A stretch of DNA of 64,000 bases. It comes from Eledone cirrhosa. Its lineage: Eukaryota. Under the pieces are notes generated by a model, which did no database searches, was not told the origin of the DNA, and saw only the letters and a program-made list of their open reading frames with translations. The translations under genes were made by a program, and so were the position numbers. Shown in pieces: positions 63,405 through 64,000 of the stretch; position 1 is the stretch's first letter; every line of letters begins with the position of its first letter. Location: assembly GCA_964016885.1 (NCBI GenBank), contig OZ024746.1, forward strand, positions 68,882,001-68,946,000. Direction: 5' to 3'.

Positions 63405-63588
63405 GTGGTGGATTGGCAGTATCGGTAGAGGGTCGGACGCCATGCTTTGCAGCACAGTTACGTCCCTTTACGGACTGAGTTCAAAACCCGCCGAGGTTAG
63501 CTTTGCCTTTCATCCTTAAGGCGTCGATAAAATAAAGTACCAGTAATACACTGGGATAATTGCTGGCCTTGTGCCAAAAGTAGAAACA
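63405..63588 (+). mobile_element. Young SINE family B copy with an 18-bp TSD
   Basis: TSD attatttatttcttcagg at 63387-63404 and 63589-63606. Confidence 0.88.
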
Positions 63589-64000
63589 ATTATTTATTTC
63601 TTCAGGAGTTGAAAAAAATATAATCAACAACTAGGAATGGTTGTTACAAACCTAAAATTTGTAGCCTGGTGTTTTTAATTGTTTAATGTCCATTTTCCAC
63701 ACTAGTATGAGTTAGACGGGTTATCCCATTAGAGGCAATTAGGGTTAGGTGACTGTGTCTTGCTCATACAAAACTGCCAAATCAAATTTACACCCACTGC
63801 TGCCAAACCATATCCTTCTACATTCATGATATATTTAAACTTTTTTTATTGATTCCACAAATAAATAAATGTTTTTTACACTCCTACAAAAGAATGTCCC
63901 GATGCCATTCAGGATTTAACACAATATGCCTCATAATATAAACAACTTTGTTATTTTTTAGTAGTTGGCAGTCCTTATCCTGTTCTATTTTTAAAATATT

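Overview
AT-rich, microsatellite-dense eukaryotic genomic DNA, most likely from an octopod cephalopod. That assignment is inferred from the CORE-type and Meta-type tRNA SINEs, the RTE LINEs with (GAT)n tails and the (TA)n/(CATA)n load. One complete protein-coding gene can be reconstructed: TICRR/treslin on the + strand, with 7 phase-consistent exons (46634-58595, 1684 aa) and a GC-AG first intron. The probable last exon of an unidentified convergent gene lies at 61821-62041 (-). The first 46 kb are mostly transposable elements: RTE LINEs with a PHD finger inside the RT domain, a young 5'-truncated Tx1-clade LINE in (TATC)n, a CR1 LINE nested at the end of a hAT MITE, R4/Dong relics, two SINE families and piggyBac-like MITEs. 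The least expected signal is a set of type I hammerhead ribozyme motifs, folded by hand. They sit in short non-coding direct- and inverted-repeat elements next to (TA)n (12.9-16.4 kb hotspot, 30.6-31.4 kb) and in TICRR introns. One has a full three-helix fold inside a ~695-bp-period direct repeat, just downstream of a promoter-like motif cluster. This resembles a Penelope-derived or retrozyme-like system, or a host transcript carrying a ribozyme. No database searches or folding software were run.
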